This document shows, one piece after another, positions 55,904-64,000 of a stretch of 64,000 nt of DNA. Location: positions 32,001 to 96,000 of the IMG/VR virus record IMGVR_UViG_3300010965_000001. One strand, 5' to 3'. This DNA is from a virus. Its lineage: Duplodnaviria > Caudoviricetes. The notes beneath the pieces were generated by a model. It saw only the letters and a program-made list of their open reading frames with translations, had not been told where the DNA came from and ran no database searches. The first letter of the stretch is position 1. The number at the start of each line of letters is the position of its first letter. The translations under genes were made by a program, and so were the position numbers.

Positions 55904-58725
55904 AATTCCCTAATCGTAATGGATATTTTCTTGCCAGATGAAAATGCGTTATTTAATGCCGCGAATAAATCTTCAAATACTGCATTAGTATCATTCACTC
56001 TGCCAATTGTTATATTTCTATCCTTGCCCACAATTAAACATCCCTTTGTACTTCGTGCTGTTGCTCCCCAATGAATTCGTATTCCCGTAAAATTAGGAAC
56101 GTTCTGAATTTCTGGTAAATATCTACCAAATACACCAGAGTAATTAATATCTACATTGTATGCTCCGTGGGGGATGGCGGTTTCACCATAAACTTTTGCT
56201 TGATTGTACCTTACTGTATCTTCTACCGTATCACAATAATATACATCGTTAATATACAGTTTTCCCATTGTGAATGTTGATGTATGAATATCTCTATCTA
56301 CTCTCAAGGATACTTTATCACCACCAATTGCAATAGTAGATGTCGTTGCTCGATTTGCTATAGATGCCGCGCTTCCTGCGGTCACATTGTCAAGTGCTTT
56401 TTTAATTCTTGCACCGTTGAATGGTATTAGGCATCCAGAGACTTTAGTGGTCCACCCATCAATAGCAACACTGTGAATGATGTTTATTATTCTAAAACAT
56501 ACATTTTTTTGTAAAAACAATGGAACGTAATCCACGTTGAATAGATTGCCGTAATAAAATCCACCAAGTCCATCTAACTCCATAGAAAGAGTTATTCCAA
56601 CTGGGAATCCAATGTAACTGACATCTGACCCTCTCGTGTATACTTTCAAAATGCTGTTAAATTGATTTTGATAATTTATTGCACTTGTATCGGAGAGGGA
56701 TTTTCCTAACACCACATCCCAACCCTTTTCCTTATCACTTAGAAATGAAGTGGTTCCAAGTAGTGTACCTCTTGGTGCAGGGTCTTTTGCAATTGAATGT
56801 CTATCATCGTATTGAATGCCATCAGCGTATTGTGGATAATATCCTGCGTCAGGATTTTTCTCTTCAGTTATATTTGCATTGCCATCATAAAATCCATTAC
56901 TTGCGGCTTTGAATGCCACTTGTGTTTTGGCATCACGTTGATTTGGATTCACATTTGTGTTTCCAACGTATGCGGCAGTTTGGAACTGTGATGGAAGGTT
57001 TCCATCCAATTGAATATTGCGTATGACCGTACTTATATTGTATGAAGTAAACGTTGTTACTAAAGCATCGGCAGATGTAAGATTTTCATCGGTGATTTTA
57101 ATCGACAGTAAATCATCATCGACATCCTTTATCAAATTAAATATTCCACCAGTGGATGAATTTATTATTGATAATATTTCATCTATAAATTCATTGAATT
57201 GCTTTTTCGCATTCATTGCACGGATGACTGCATTTATATTAATAAATATACGCTTGATGTGCCCAAGACGAAAATCACTACTATCTTCAGGAACTTTATA
57301 TGGTACATCACCAATATTGTTAGGTAAAGCAGTGAACTCCAATAAATCTTTTCTATATTTCACCGCACCATTTTGCATACGATACATTAATCCCTTATCC
57401 GCTGGTGTTACGTATTTTTCTGCGGTGGAATTAAATATTAAGACATCTTTGGGATTGAATGACCGCAAATATATATGATTCTTGCAGTATGCGCTGTTGT
57501 TAGCCAAATCCATAAAACTGACTAATTTGTTTGCTATATAAAACTCACTACGAGGACGATTTTTTGTTAAATCTTCCATGAATGTCGATGGGTCACCATA
57601 TAAGAATGCGTTATTTATTAATGTAAATAAATGACCAAGAGAAATATAGTACTTATCTTCAGGTAAGATATTTCCTTCACTAATGACTTCATCTGGTAAT
57701 GCAATATATTGATAATATTCCGTTCCTTCGTTAAGAAAGAATTTTTCAATCTGTGGTTGTTTTGTATATTTTTCCGCATTCAATCTCAACGTTGCCAGTG
57801 GGTCATTACTCAAAGTTTGAGATGCTCTACTCGCCGCAAGTTCATTGGCACGAGCATCAGTTTGACCAGGAATTGGACCAGTAGAACCTGCAATTACTAT
57901 ACGTGGACGTTTCTCAACCTGTTGTGTTGGTTGTGATTGTCTATCTTTTGTAGTGGCGGGTGTAGCATCCGTTACACCAGTCATCCATCGGAAGAAATTA
58001 TTACTTCTAATGTCAGGAGAATCCGTCATAAAACTATATACGAATGATGCAGGTGAGATAATTGTCGTTGTGCAGTCAAACCCACCATTTGCATTAACTT
58101 TCCATGTAAATGTAGAACATATACCAATGAGTGCATCGTAATTACCATTATTTCGTATAATAGTCTCTCTGATACTTCCCGTAGTATTTCCACGTAACAA
58201 CAATTGTACTTTGTCTTTACTATTTCCGTTTGTATTGTTGAATAAACTATCTGTATAAACTGGTGATGCTGCACTTGTAAATCCCCACTGTAAATATAAA
58301 TAAATTCCAGGGTTCATATACAATACTTGTAAATTGCCTAAATCCTCCAGCGTCCAACATTGGAAATTTACTGTTGCTCTTCTAATTGACCCAAGTGGTG
58401 TTTCATTATTAACTGCAATAGATGTGATTCCTGGTGGTGGTCGATGTCCAATATCATAATCTTTATACGTGTCCAATGTAACTCTACTCAATTTTGTAAC
58501 ACCATTGGAATTTTGCTTTATGAATTCATCTGAACCACCGTAGAGAACTGTCGAACGTGCCAATGAACTATCACCACCTTCACTGACGGCATTAGATTCT
58601 AAGATGATGTATGGTATGCGTGCAGAATGAACAAATCCCATTGCAGATGGATTTGCTATTTCAGTCTGTCGCCTGTTTATTTCATCAACAACAAATTGCT
58701 CTATTTTCGAACCAAAAATTGCCAT
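55900..58725 (-). CDS. baseplate hub-like protein with C-terminal DUF5675-like domain
   Basis: N-terminal PPPGITSI, RRATVNFQCW, YLYLQWG, GNYDALIG hub pattern; C-terminal TMGKLYIN, TVED, TAIP.G.Y, IRIHWG, GCLIVG. Confidence 0.7.
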   Translation of the reverse strand: MAIFGSKIEQFVVDEINRRQTEIANPSAMGFVHSARIPYIILESNAVSEGGDSSLARSTVLYGGSDEFIKQNSNGVTKLSRVTLDTYKDYDIGHRPPPGITSIAVNNETPLGSIRRATVNFQCWTLEDLGNLQVLYMNPGIYLYLQWGFTSAASPVYTDSLFNNTNGNSKDKVQLLLRGNTTGSIRETIIRNNGNYDALIGICSTFTWKVNANGGFDCTTTIISPASFVYSFMTDSPDIRSNNFFRWMTGVTDATPATTKDRQSQPTQQVEKRPRIVIAGSTGPIPGQTDARANELAASRASQTLSNDPLATLRLNAEKYTKQPQIEKFFLNEGTEYYQYIALPDEVISEGNILPEDKYYISLGHLFTLINNAFLYGDPSTFMEDLTKNRPRSEFYIANKLVSFMDLANNSAYCKNHIYLRSFNPKDVLIFNSTAEKYVTPADKGLMYRMQNGAVKYRKDLLEFTALPNNIGDVPYKVPEDSSDFRLGHIKRIFININAVIRAMNAKKQFNEFIDEILSIINSSTGGIFNLIKDVDDDLLSIKITDENLTSADALVTTFTSYNISTVIRNIQLDGNLPSQFQTAAYVGNTNVNPNQRDAKTQVAFKAASNGFYDGNANITEEKNPDAGYYPQYADGIQYDDRHSIAKDPAPRGTLLGTTSFLSDKEKGWDVVLGKSLSDTSAINYQNQFNSILKVYTRGSDVSYIGFPVGITLSMELDGLGGFYYGNLFNVDYVPLFLQKNVCFRIINIIHSVAIDGWTTKVSGCLIPFNGARIKKALDNVTAGSAASIANRATTSTIAIGGDKVSLRVDRDIHTSTFTMGKLYINDVYYCDTVEDTVRYNQAKVYGETAIPHGAYNVDINYSGVFGRYLPEIQNVPNFTGIRIHWGATARSTKGCLIVGKDRNITIGRVNDTNAVFEDLFAALNNAFSSGKKISITIREL

Positions 58726-58727
58726 AA

Positions 58728-59009
58728 TTATAAGTTTAAATTAATATAGTTTCTTACTATTTCAAGATGATTTGATGGAATACGAATCGTAGTTCCAGGT
58801 TTAATCTCAACTGACCCCTTACCAAGACCGTTTGATATTGCGATAATCCAATACAGTGTTTGGTCACCATAATATTGTTGTGCGATTAGGTCTAACCTAT
58901 CGGAGTCTCTTGATATTATTATAGTGTCATTGTCGTTTGGTTGTATAACTGGAAATCGTACAGTTTTTAGTTTTCCATTTATTCTCGGTATGCCATTATA
59001 TCGTTCCAT
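58728..59009 (-). CDS. LysM-like / tail-X baseplate protein
   Basis: DRLDLIAQQYYGDQTLYWIIAISN ... IRIP. Confidence 0.8.
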   Translation of the reverse strand: MERYNGIPRINGKLKTVRFPVIQPNDNDTIIISRDSDRLDLIAQQYYGDQTLYWIIAISNGLGKGSVEIKPGTTIRIPSNHLEIVRNYINLNL

Positions 59010-60910
59010 TATTTATTCCTTTTAACAATATCATCAATAGTAGTTTGTACTGTCGGTTTCTTGATTGAAGAACCACCATGACCAGTATTTGCACCAGTAC
59101 CACCTACAGCAGTAGATGTTTTATCTGTCGATACTGTAGAGGGTGTGATGCCTGTCGTTGCTGTCCCATTCCATATTTTTTCTTTTGGTACTTCGATTGG
59201 TGGACGTGATATAACTTTATTTTCGACTCTGTACGTCACATTGTTTAAATAATATGCAACAGGAATACCTTCTGGTACTACGTCAATATTCAATGCCACA
59301 CTTACTACTAATGGAAATTCTGCGGCGTTTCCAGTAGCACTTACCCAAGGGGTTGTTGAATCAACTGTATATGTTAACGTAGAAATTACACCGACAACTC
59401 TATTGATAAATGTACCAAATTTAAATATCATATATGGTGTTGCAATCCTGTGCGTATTTTTAACTTGCGCAGGATATGTATAACTTGAAATTTGATTTAA
59501 CTTTGACTTTACTACACCCAATTCAGATTGAAAGTATATAGGAACCTTAAATGATACACTTATTGTTCTTCGTGTATTTTGATAAATTGGATATGTAATT
59601 GGATTACCGACATAATTTACGGTTGCATACGATGGACTCCACGCATCTGAATAGGTATCCATAATCGCCCTAAATGATATTGTTGGGTCTGCCGAATCGT
59701 ATGGAGAAAAATTCAATGTTACTATATCCCACCCACTCGTTGCTTCTCCGTTGTCAGATTTAACTGGGTCTAACTTTGGTATAATAACTGATTGGTCTGT
59801 TCTCTGTAATAAACTTTCAATTGCAGAATTTGTTTCAAGTGTGGTTATATATTTTTTACTATTATTGTTTGCTTCCAAAATATCAGTATAATCTTGATGC
59901 GTCTTAAATTTATATGGAGTTTTATTCACACCAGTAGTAATATCGGTAGTAATGTTAGGTCCAGGTACACGATACGTTCGTATGTTCTTGGGAATATCAA
60001 AACCCTCTTTAAAAATATACGGATTTGTTAATTGAATTCCTAACATGCTATATTGTGCAATTTGTACGCCAGGTCGCATAGGTGTACTAAAGAACAACAG
60101 ATTCTTTTCGGCATCTATATTTGCACGAAGAGTTCTATCTCTAAGAACTATCAATCTGTTAGTGTCACCTTCCCACTTGGTAGCCTCTGTAGTTGTTTCG
60201 TAATGGTCATTGCTAAATAATCCAAATAAACTATGTCGTTGTGGATGATACCCAACCATCGCTCCACCAACCGCTCCAAATATACTCAATGGATTATAGA
60301 TTCGTGTCTCAGAACGTGGATTCATTAACTGCATGCCAACTTGCTTTGCTACAAACGAAATTCCTTTTAGTGTAGACATGAATTTAGTAAGACGAGTGGC
60401 ATCTGTACTAACTATATCTAACATGGTTGATATTCCCGCTCGATATGGAGATAATGCTCCATCTATTATATTTATGACACTTTGTTGATTGTTAAATCCA
60501 AATCGAGTTCCAATATCCCTCATAATGAATGGTTGTGAACTACCATCACGTATTGATAAGGGGTCATTTATAAACGATGACCGTTTGTAGTACATATCCA
60601 ATGTAGTTTCATTTGGAAATGTTCTGAATTGTAATGTATCAGCGGTTCCATCATATTTCAGTTGTGTTGATAATGAAAAATTGGAAACATCCCACGATGA
60701 AGGTGCCAATGCAAAATTAGCAAGAGATGCATAATTAATATCTCTGTATTTTACAAGAAATTTACTGTCATCCTTACTATTGAAATTCTGAGTGAATCCT
60801 TCAGGTGGAGCACTTTTTGTAATGCCAGCCATTCCAGTGAAATAATCCACTACTCCCAACTTAGAAAATATAGATTTCTTTTTTATTAATTTTGAGAAGT
60901 CTTCTGCCAT
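59009..60910 (-). CDS. putative baseplate / tail-tube-initiator protein
   Basis: between TMP and LysM-like gene; C-terminal FRA..YSDAW, YVG, RTISVSF, G.I..L.Y. Confidence 0.55.
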   Translation of the reverse strand: MAEDFSKLIKKKSIFSKLGVVDYFTGMAGITKSAPPEGFTQNFNSKDDSKFLVKYRDINYASLANFALAPSSWDVSNFSLSTQLKYDGTADTLQFRTFPNETTLDMYYKRSSFINDPLSIRDGSSQPFIMRDIGTRFGFNNQQSVINIIDGALSPYRAGISTMLDIVSTDATRLTKFMSTLKGISFVAKQVGMQLMNPRSETRIYNPLSIFGAVGGAMVGYHPQRHSLFGLFSNDHYETTTEATKWEGDTNRLIVLRDRTLRANIDAEKNLLFFSTPMRPGVQIAQYSMLGIQLTNPYIFKEGFDIPKNIRTYRVPGPNITTDITTGVNKTPYKFKTHQDYTDILEANNNSKKYITTLETNSAIESLLQRTDQSVIIPKLDPVKSDNGEATSGWDIVTLNFSPYDSADPTISFRAIMDTYSDAWSPSYATVNYVGNPITYPIYQNTRRTISVSFKVPIYFQSELGVVKSKLNQISSYTYPAQVKNTHRIATPYMIFKFGTFINRVVGVISTLTYTVDSTTPWVSATGNAAEFPLVVSVALNIDVVPEGIPVAYYLNNVTYRVENKVISRPPIEVPKEKIWNGTATTGITPSTVSTDKTSTAVGGTGANTGHGGSSIKKPTVQTTIDDIVKRNK

Positions 60911-60917
60911 AATATCC

Positions 60918-63191
60918 TTATGCTCTTGCTACTTTTTGTGATGTGATTTCTTTTACTAATCTACCAAATTCTCTACCATCAATTATTAATGCAGTTTTCA
61001 TGTTACGAACATCAACTTGCAAATCTTGGATTGCCTTTATAACACCAGACATGTCTACATTGTTTGAACTGCCACCGTTTACTTTACCACCCAACGATGT
61101 TCCAGCAATTACGGAATCGTTCTTATCTAATTGGTATGTTCCCTTTGCGCCAGATACAACCAAACCACCGTCAGGAGCAATTTGAGCATCCTGCACTTTA
61201 TTATTAGCACTTAACATATAGTACGCGGCTCCACCAGCAGCAAGTGCGATACCTGCTGCGATACCAAGGGTCATTGCGGATGCACCAGTTACTGCTGCAA
61301 CGGCTGCGGAAATCTGTGCGGCTGCGGCAGCCCAAAGTAATCCGACTTGTGTAACCAAATGTCCAGAAGTAATAGCATTCCACAATGCAATTCCTTTTGA
61401 TGCGACAAATATTGCACCAAATCCAACCGCAATTGATGATACTATTTTTTCCCATACTGTAAATTGTTGTGTTCCACCTGTTAATACATCTACAAGTTTT
61501 ACAATGGGTCCAAGTATACCATTTACAACTACACCAGCAACTTGAATAATTTTACCAAGTATAGGACTAAGAATTTCTGCGATATTTGCAAACATATCAA
61601 CCAATGGTTCCAATGGAGTTAATAGATTGGTAACCATACTTACGAATTTTTCCTGTAATACATTTAACTTTTCTTGTGCTGCAACCTTTTTTGCTGCAGT
61701 GTATGCCGCCTTATCGTCCGTGACTCCCAACATGAATTTCTTCTGTTGCTCAGTATCCATGCCCTTTAATTTTTCTTCCATCTGAGCACGCGCTACACTA
61801 CCAAGTTTATTTAAATTTTCTTGAATCATCAAACTTCCAGCAAGTTCATCTCTATTCATTCCAACAGATTTTGCAATTGCTTCCTGTTGTATACGATTCA
61901 TCCGTGTAAAATCTCCAGCACTTCCAACCTGTGAGAGAATTTGTTTTGTTGCACCTGCTATATCATTTTGTAACGCCAATTCTCTTGCAAGTTCGAAGTT
62001 TAAATTCTTGCCCGTGAGAACGCTTGCTTCAAATTGTGCTACAAGTGATGATTCGATATTCAAAAGACCGTCTGCTATACCATTCATCTTGTCAAGTGAC
62101 ACACCAAGTTGTTTTGCGTATACAACCGCGTCTGCCAATGCTTTTGGATTCTTAGATAATGAAAGAAATGTTGCGGCACTCATTTTTGAAATGTCTGCCA
62201 TTATACCTTTGAGTGAGAACGTCACTCCAAGACGCATTTTGGATTCAATGTTCGATTTTGCCGCCATCTCTCCCATTGTCTTTTCACTCATACCGATGAA
62301 TTGCATCTGCGTTCCAAGTCGCGCCGCCTCTGCATTTGCCATTCCCAATTCTTTGGTTAAGGCAATTTGGTCTTTGACTAATTCAAGGGATTTGCCTTGG
62401 CTAAAATCAACTGATGCCCCAAATGCTTCTGAGAGTTGATTTGATGCTTCTATCATATTTTTAACTGTTTGGAATGTCGAGCCTATACCATTAGAAGTTC
62501 TTTCTATATCAACAAACGTGTTTCGTATTTCACGTGCTTCATTTCCAGATAACATTAAAGTTTTTTGCATCTCTGAAACTTGTTCGTTTTGCTCAAACAA
62601 TATTCCAGAGATTTTATCAAATGCACCCGTTAACAAAGATATAGTTTGTATCAATCCTCCAGCACCAATGGAATCCCTGACAAGTTTAACAGCACCAGTC
62701 ATTCCATTAATTTGTGTTATATTTTTTCCAAATAAAATACTCATTGAAGTAAGCGCATCCTGATGCTTATTGTACATAGCCAACTGTGCTTCTAATGTCA
62801 AGGTTAATTGTTTTTCTAAATCAACCATCTCACCAGTTACACCAAGACCAGACTCCATATTTTTAGTATTATCAAGTTGGACTTTGTATAATTTTTCCGC
62901 AGTTTTAAGTATGTTATTCTCAGATATATAATTTTCTTTTAATTCTTTTGTTTTATCTGAATATATCTTTTTTAATAGTCCTTGATTTTTTTGCATTTTT
63001 TCTTCCAATATCCGTGTCTTATCTTGGAATTGGTTAATCAGCATTACTTCATCTTTTATCGCATCATATAATTCTAATAGGCGCTGTAAGTCCTCTACCA
63101 TTTCTTTTGGCACATCCTTCATTTTTCCCATTGCGGTATTTAAGTCATCTATTTGTTTTTTGACTTCTTCAGGTGTTTGTGGTGCTGCCAT
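60918..63191 (-). CDS. tail tape measure protein
   Basis: 757 aa helical, Ala-rich, hydrophobic C-terminal segments; FEASVLTGK.LN. Confidence 0.85.
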   Translation of the reverse strand: MAAPQTPEEVKKQIDDLNTAMGKMKDVPKEMVEDLQRLLELYDAIKDEVMLINQFQDKTRILEEKMQKNQGLLKKIYSDKTKELKENYISENNILKTAEKLYKVQLDNTKNMESGLGVTGEMVDLEKQLTLTLEAQLAMYNKHQDALTSMSILFGKNITQINGMTGAVKLVRDSIGAGGLIQTISLLTGAFDKISGILFEQNEQVSEMQKTLMLSGNEAREIRNTFVDIERTSNGIGSTFQTVKNMIEASNQLSEAFGASVDFSQGKSLELVKDQIALTKELGMANAEAARLGTQMQFIGMSEKTMGEMAAKSNIESKMRLGVTFSLKGIMADISKMSAATFLSLSKNPKALADAVVYAKQLGVSLDKMNGIADGLLNIESSLVAQFEASVLTGKNLNFELARELALQNDIAGATKQILSQVGSAGDFTRMNRIQQEAIAKSVGMNRDELAGSLMIQENLNKLGSVARAQMEEKLKGMDTEQQKKFMLGVTDDKAAYTAAKKVAAQEKLNVLQEKFVSMVTNLLTPLEPLVDMFANIAEILSPILGKIIQVAGVVVNGILGPIVKLVDVLTGGTQQFTVWEKIVSSIAVGFGAIFVASKGIALWNAITSGHLVTQVGLLWAAAAAQISAAVAAVTGASAMTLGIAAGIALAAGGAAYYMLSANNKVQDAQIAPDGGLVVSGAKGTYQLDKNDSVIAGTSLGGKVNGGSSNNVDMSGVIKAIQDLQVDVRNMKTALIIDGREFGRLVKEITSQKVARA

Positions 63192-63221
63192 ATTTATTCT
63201 CTATAATGAGTTGATGTTATA

Positions 63222-63233
63222 TAGTATAAATAT
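63222..63233 (-). promoter_or_regulatory. ATATTTATACTA motif upstream of TMP
   Basis: identical to copies at 7591 and 55422. Confidence 0.55.
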
Positions 63234-63248
63234 CAAAAAAACATAAAT

Positions 63249-63482
63249 TTATGTCTTTTTTTGAGAAAGGGGATGGACTAATTGCTTTTGCTGTGGTGGA
63301 GGGGCGTCACTATTCTTCTCTTTTTGAATGATTTCTTCCAATTGACGTAAATAAAAATTGCGAAGGTAAATGGGCATGGAATAGACTTCACTATGTGTGA
63401 ATCCTCCACGCCCATATAAACAGAGAGCAAATACGTCTTGATGTATTTGGGGTTTATTCTCTGCCCGAAGGCCAAAAAAAGT
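63249..63482 (-). CDS. +1-frame extension of tail-assembly chaperone (candidate programmed frameshift product)
   Basis: 77 sense codons, no start codon near its 5' end, entered at a U7 run: TFFGLRAENKPQIHQDVFALCLYGRGGFTHSEVYSMPIYLRNFYLRQLEE... Confidence 0.6.
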   Translation of the reverse strand, partial: TFFGLRAENKPQIHQDVFALCLYGRGGFTHSEVYSMPIYLRNFYLRQLEEIIQKEKNSDAPPPQQKQLVHPLSQKKT

Positions 63483-63999
63483 CGGTGGTTAAAGGTACTT
63501 GGATTGTACTTGATTTATTACATTCAGGACATTCAAGGTCATATGACATATCAACGTCAGGTGTTGAATGAAATAATGCTTTTCTAAGTGCTAATGAATC
63601 TTGTGCTAACATCTCTTCATTAACAAACTTATTTATTATATCTTGTTTGGTTTCGCCGTCGATTGATGTAATGATATTTCTAAAACGAATTGTCATCTCA
63701 CTATCTCTACCAGTCTGTGCAGAGATTTTCTTCATTGCTTTTGCTTCTGCATCGATGTTTCGTTCATCTGCGTGTGTTGCAAGTTTAAGAATAAGATTCT
63801 TCTTAGAAATAGGAAGTTGGAATGCAAACTGTTTGGAACCTTTTGTAAATATGGATAGGTCTACTTCTTTATTTTCAAACGAAGAAATATCCACCGTGTG
63901 TTGGCTGGATTCTCCGCATTTTGGACATACAATATTTACTTCATAATCTTTACCATATGCCAAAATTCTTGATGCTACTAAAATGGCGTTTTTATCACC
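63454..63999 (-). CDS. tail/baseplate assembly chaperone (5' end outside window)
   Basis: GDKNAILVASRILAYG, CPKC, F..QLP.S, CPEC, FFWP; frame is open to the window edge; directly upstream of TMP. Confidence 0.75.
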   Translation of the reverse strand, partial: GDKNAILVASRILAYGKDYEVNIVCPKCGESSQHTVDISSFENKEVDLSIFTKGSKQFAFQLPISKKNLILKLATHADERNIDAEAKAMKKISAQTGRDSEMTIRFRNIITSIDGETKQDIINKFVNEEMLAQDSLALRKALFHSTPDVDMSYDLECPECNKSSTIQVPLTTDFFWPSGRE

Positions 64000-64000
64000 G

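Noticed and set aside
63278-63475. 65-aa -1-frame ORF as the chaperone frameshift product
   Set aside because: A -1 slip on C-UUU-UUU mis-pairs the P-site tRNA and the peptide looks less protein-like than the +1 frame; not excluded without data
1139-63946. All plus-strand ORFs in the track
   Set aside because: Each lies antisense to a longer minus-strand gene and has no recognisable motifs; treated as shadow ORFs
1-64000. Stop-codon reassignment
   Set aside because: Long conserved genes (PolB, RNR, helicase, RecA) are intact under the standard code and coding density is high
1-64000. tRNA, rRNA, riboswitch or group I intron
   Set aside because: Intergenic gaps are under about 100 nt, no cloverleaf was seen, and both endonuclease genes lie between separate genes, not inside one

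Overview
A 64-kb fragment of a large, T4-like (myovirus-type, probably jumbo) dsDNA phage genome. Essentially all credible genes lie on the minus strand, with short gaps or ATGA/GTGA overlaps. In transcription order (right to left) it holds: (i) a tail/baseplate block (tail-assembly chaperone with a candidate +1 frameshift, tape measure, baseplate proteins, hub with a C-terminal DUF5675-like domain); (ii) a T4-like replication block (divergent family A polymerase, SSB, RecA/UvsX, 5'-3' exonuclease, helicase, intein-containing class II ribonucleotide reductase, family B polymerase, clamp and clamp loaders) plus Mom-like and DruA/DUF4338-like genes; (iii) a ~25.6-kb glycan island with about nine glycosyltransferases, deoxysugar enzymes and an unusual module (sugar kinase, dehydroquinate-synthase-like cyclase, TPP enzyme, NeuB, HAD, SDR, HpcH aldolase), two free-standing homing endonucleases and a nucleotidyltransferase; (iv) PhoH, small putative internal-head proteins sharing an N-terminal (I/L)LKE-type motif, a GP88-like protein, an amidase and DNA ligase. 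Two families of promoter-like motifs and one terminator are visible. All family calls come from motif recognition by eye, not database searches. I saw no tRNA, rRNA or CRISPR array.
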